DNA of 63,792 nucleotides, filler included, from Octopus bimaculoides (lineage: Eukaryota): the NCBI RefSeq assembly GCF_001194135.2. It is 11 parts of 11 records of this genome, joined end to end, with 100 filler letters (N's around TTAATTAATTAA, not from the genome) between each part and the next. Parts side by side here need not be neighbours in the genome. Positions count along the whole stretch, not along the records: positions 62,527 to 63,792 come from NW_026376294.1; 10 more parts are not named here. The stretch is one strand, 5' to 3'. The notes under the pieces were generated by a model that searched no databases, was not told where the DNA came from, and worked only from the letters and a program-made list of their open reading frames with translations. A program made the position numbers and the translations under genes. Each line of letters starts with the position of its first letter. Position 1 is the first letter of the stretch. Shown here one piece after another: positions 62,527 to 63,792 of this stretch.

Positions 62527-63747
62527 TTCGGCCTCCCTCTGCACGCTTCGAGCGGAATCCAAACATACATGCGTTCGTTCGGCATCCCTAGGCAATGTTC
62601 GAGCGGAATTCGAACGTACGTGCCTCCGTTCGGCCTCCCTCTGCACCGTTCGAGTGGAGTTCGAAAGTACGTGTGTCCGTTAAGCCTCCCTCTGTAACTT
62701 TCGGGCAGAATTCGAACGTACGTGCGTCCGTCCGGCCTCCCTCTGCATCGTTCGAGCGGAATTCGAACGTACGTATGCCCATTCGGCTTCCCTCTGCACC
62801 GTTCGAGCGGAATTCGAACGTACGTGCGGGTGTTCGGCCTCCTTCTGCACCGTTCGAGCGGAATTCGAAAGTACGTGCGACTGTTCGGCCTCTCTCTGCA
62901 CCGTTTGAGCGGAATTTGAACGTAAGATTATTCTTTCGGCCTCCCTCTGCACCGTTCGAGCGGAATTCGAAAGTACGTTCGTCCGTTCGGCCTCCCTCTT
63001 CACCGTTCGAGCGGAATTCGAACGTACGTGTGACCATTCGGCTTCCCTCTGCACCGTTCGAGCGAAATTCGAACGTACGAATGTCCTTTCGTCCTCCATC
63101 AGCACCGTTCTAGCTGAATTCGAGCGTACGTTTGAACATTCGGATTCCCTCTGCACCGTTCGCTGGGAATTCGAACGAATGTGTGAACATTCGGCTTCCC
63201 TCTGCACCGTTCGAGCGAAATTCGAACGTACGTGCGTCCGATCGGCCTCCCTCTGCACCGTTCAAGTGTAGTTGAAAGTGCGTGTGTCCGTTAAGCCTCC
63301 CTCTGCAACTTTCGGGCGGAATTCGAACGTACGTGCGTCCGTTCGGCGTCACTCTGCACCGTTCGAGCGGAATTCGAACGTACGTGCATATGTTCGGTCT
63401 CCCTCTGCACCGTTCGAGCGGAATTTTAGCGTACATTCGTCCGTTTGGCCTCCCTCTGCACCGTTCGAGTGAAATTCGAACGTACGTGTCAACATTCGGC
63501 TTCCCTCTGCATCGGTCGAGCGGAATTCGACCATACGCGCGTCCGATCGGCCTCCCTCTGCACCGTTCGAGTGGAGTTCCAAAGTACGTGTGTCCGTTCG
63601 GCCTCCCTCTACACGGTTCGAGCAGAATTCGAACGTACGTGTGACCATTCGGCTTCCCTCTGCACCGTTCGAGGGGAATTCGAACGTACGTGCGACTGTT
63701 TGGCCTCCCTCTGCATCGTGCGAGCTGAATTCGAACGTACATGCGTC
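62527..63747. repeat. 51-bp CpG-rich tandem repeat, about 24 units
   Basis: Consensus TTCGGCCTCCCTCTGCACCGTTCGAGCGGAATTCGAACGTACGTGCGTCCG. Units are contiguous with no unique spacers. Confidence 0.95.
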
Positions 63748-63792
63748 TTTAGTAGAAAGTGGGTTATACATCTTTAGATTGTATACCTGACT

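Noticed and set aside
62527-63747. CRISPR array
   Set aside because: Units are contiguous with no unique spacers, no cas genes are present, and the context is eukaryotic.

Overview
Animal genomic DNA: AT-rich, full of microsatellites and repeats, with many N gaps. The SINE and microsatellite make-up points to an octopod cephalopod (inference, no database search). The window is not one locus. Ten identical 100-bp artificial linkers (N44-TTAATTAATTAA-N44) join 11 probably unrelated scaffolds, so nothing should be linked across them. The only well-supported host gene is three phase-compatible plus-strand exons (1598-1777, 4924-5105, 7584-7953) of a PARP14-like ADP-ribosyltransferase. They encode the end of a macrodomain with a GIFG loop, KH-like segments and a WWE domain; the gene is cut at the first linker. 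The rest is mostly decayed mobile DNA: RTE LINEs (one apparently 5'-inverted), R4/Dong-type REL-endonuclease LINE fragments, Penelope-like elements, Helitron ends, mariner and maT-like transposases, MITEs and three tRNA-derived SINE families. The last scaffold is a CpG-rich 51-bp tandem repeat. The best second-look items are several minimal hammerhead-ribozyme motifs (one apparently complete at about 10.63 kb, one inside a long palindrome at about 32.2 kb), the unusual macrodomain-to-KH/WWE junction of the PARP, and the 51-bp repeat. No prokaryotic system or CRISPR array is supported.
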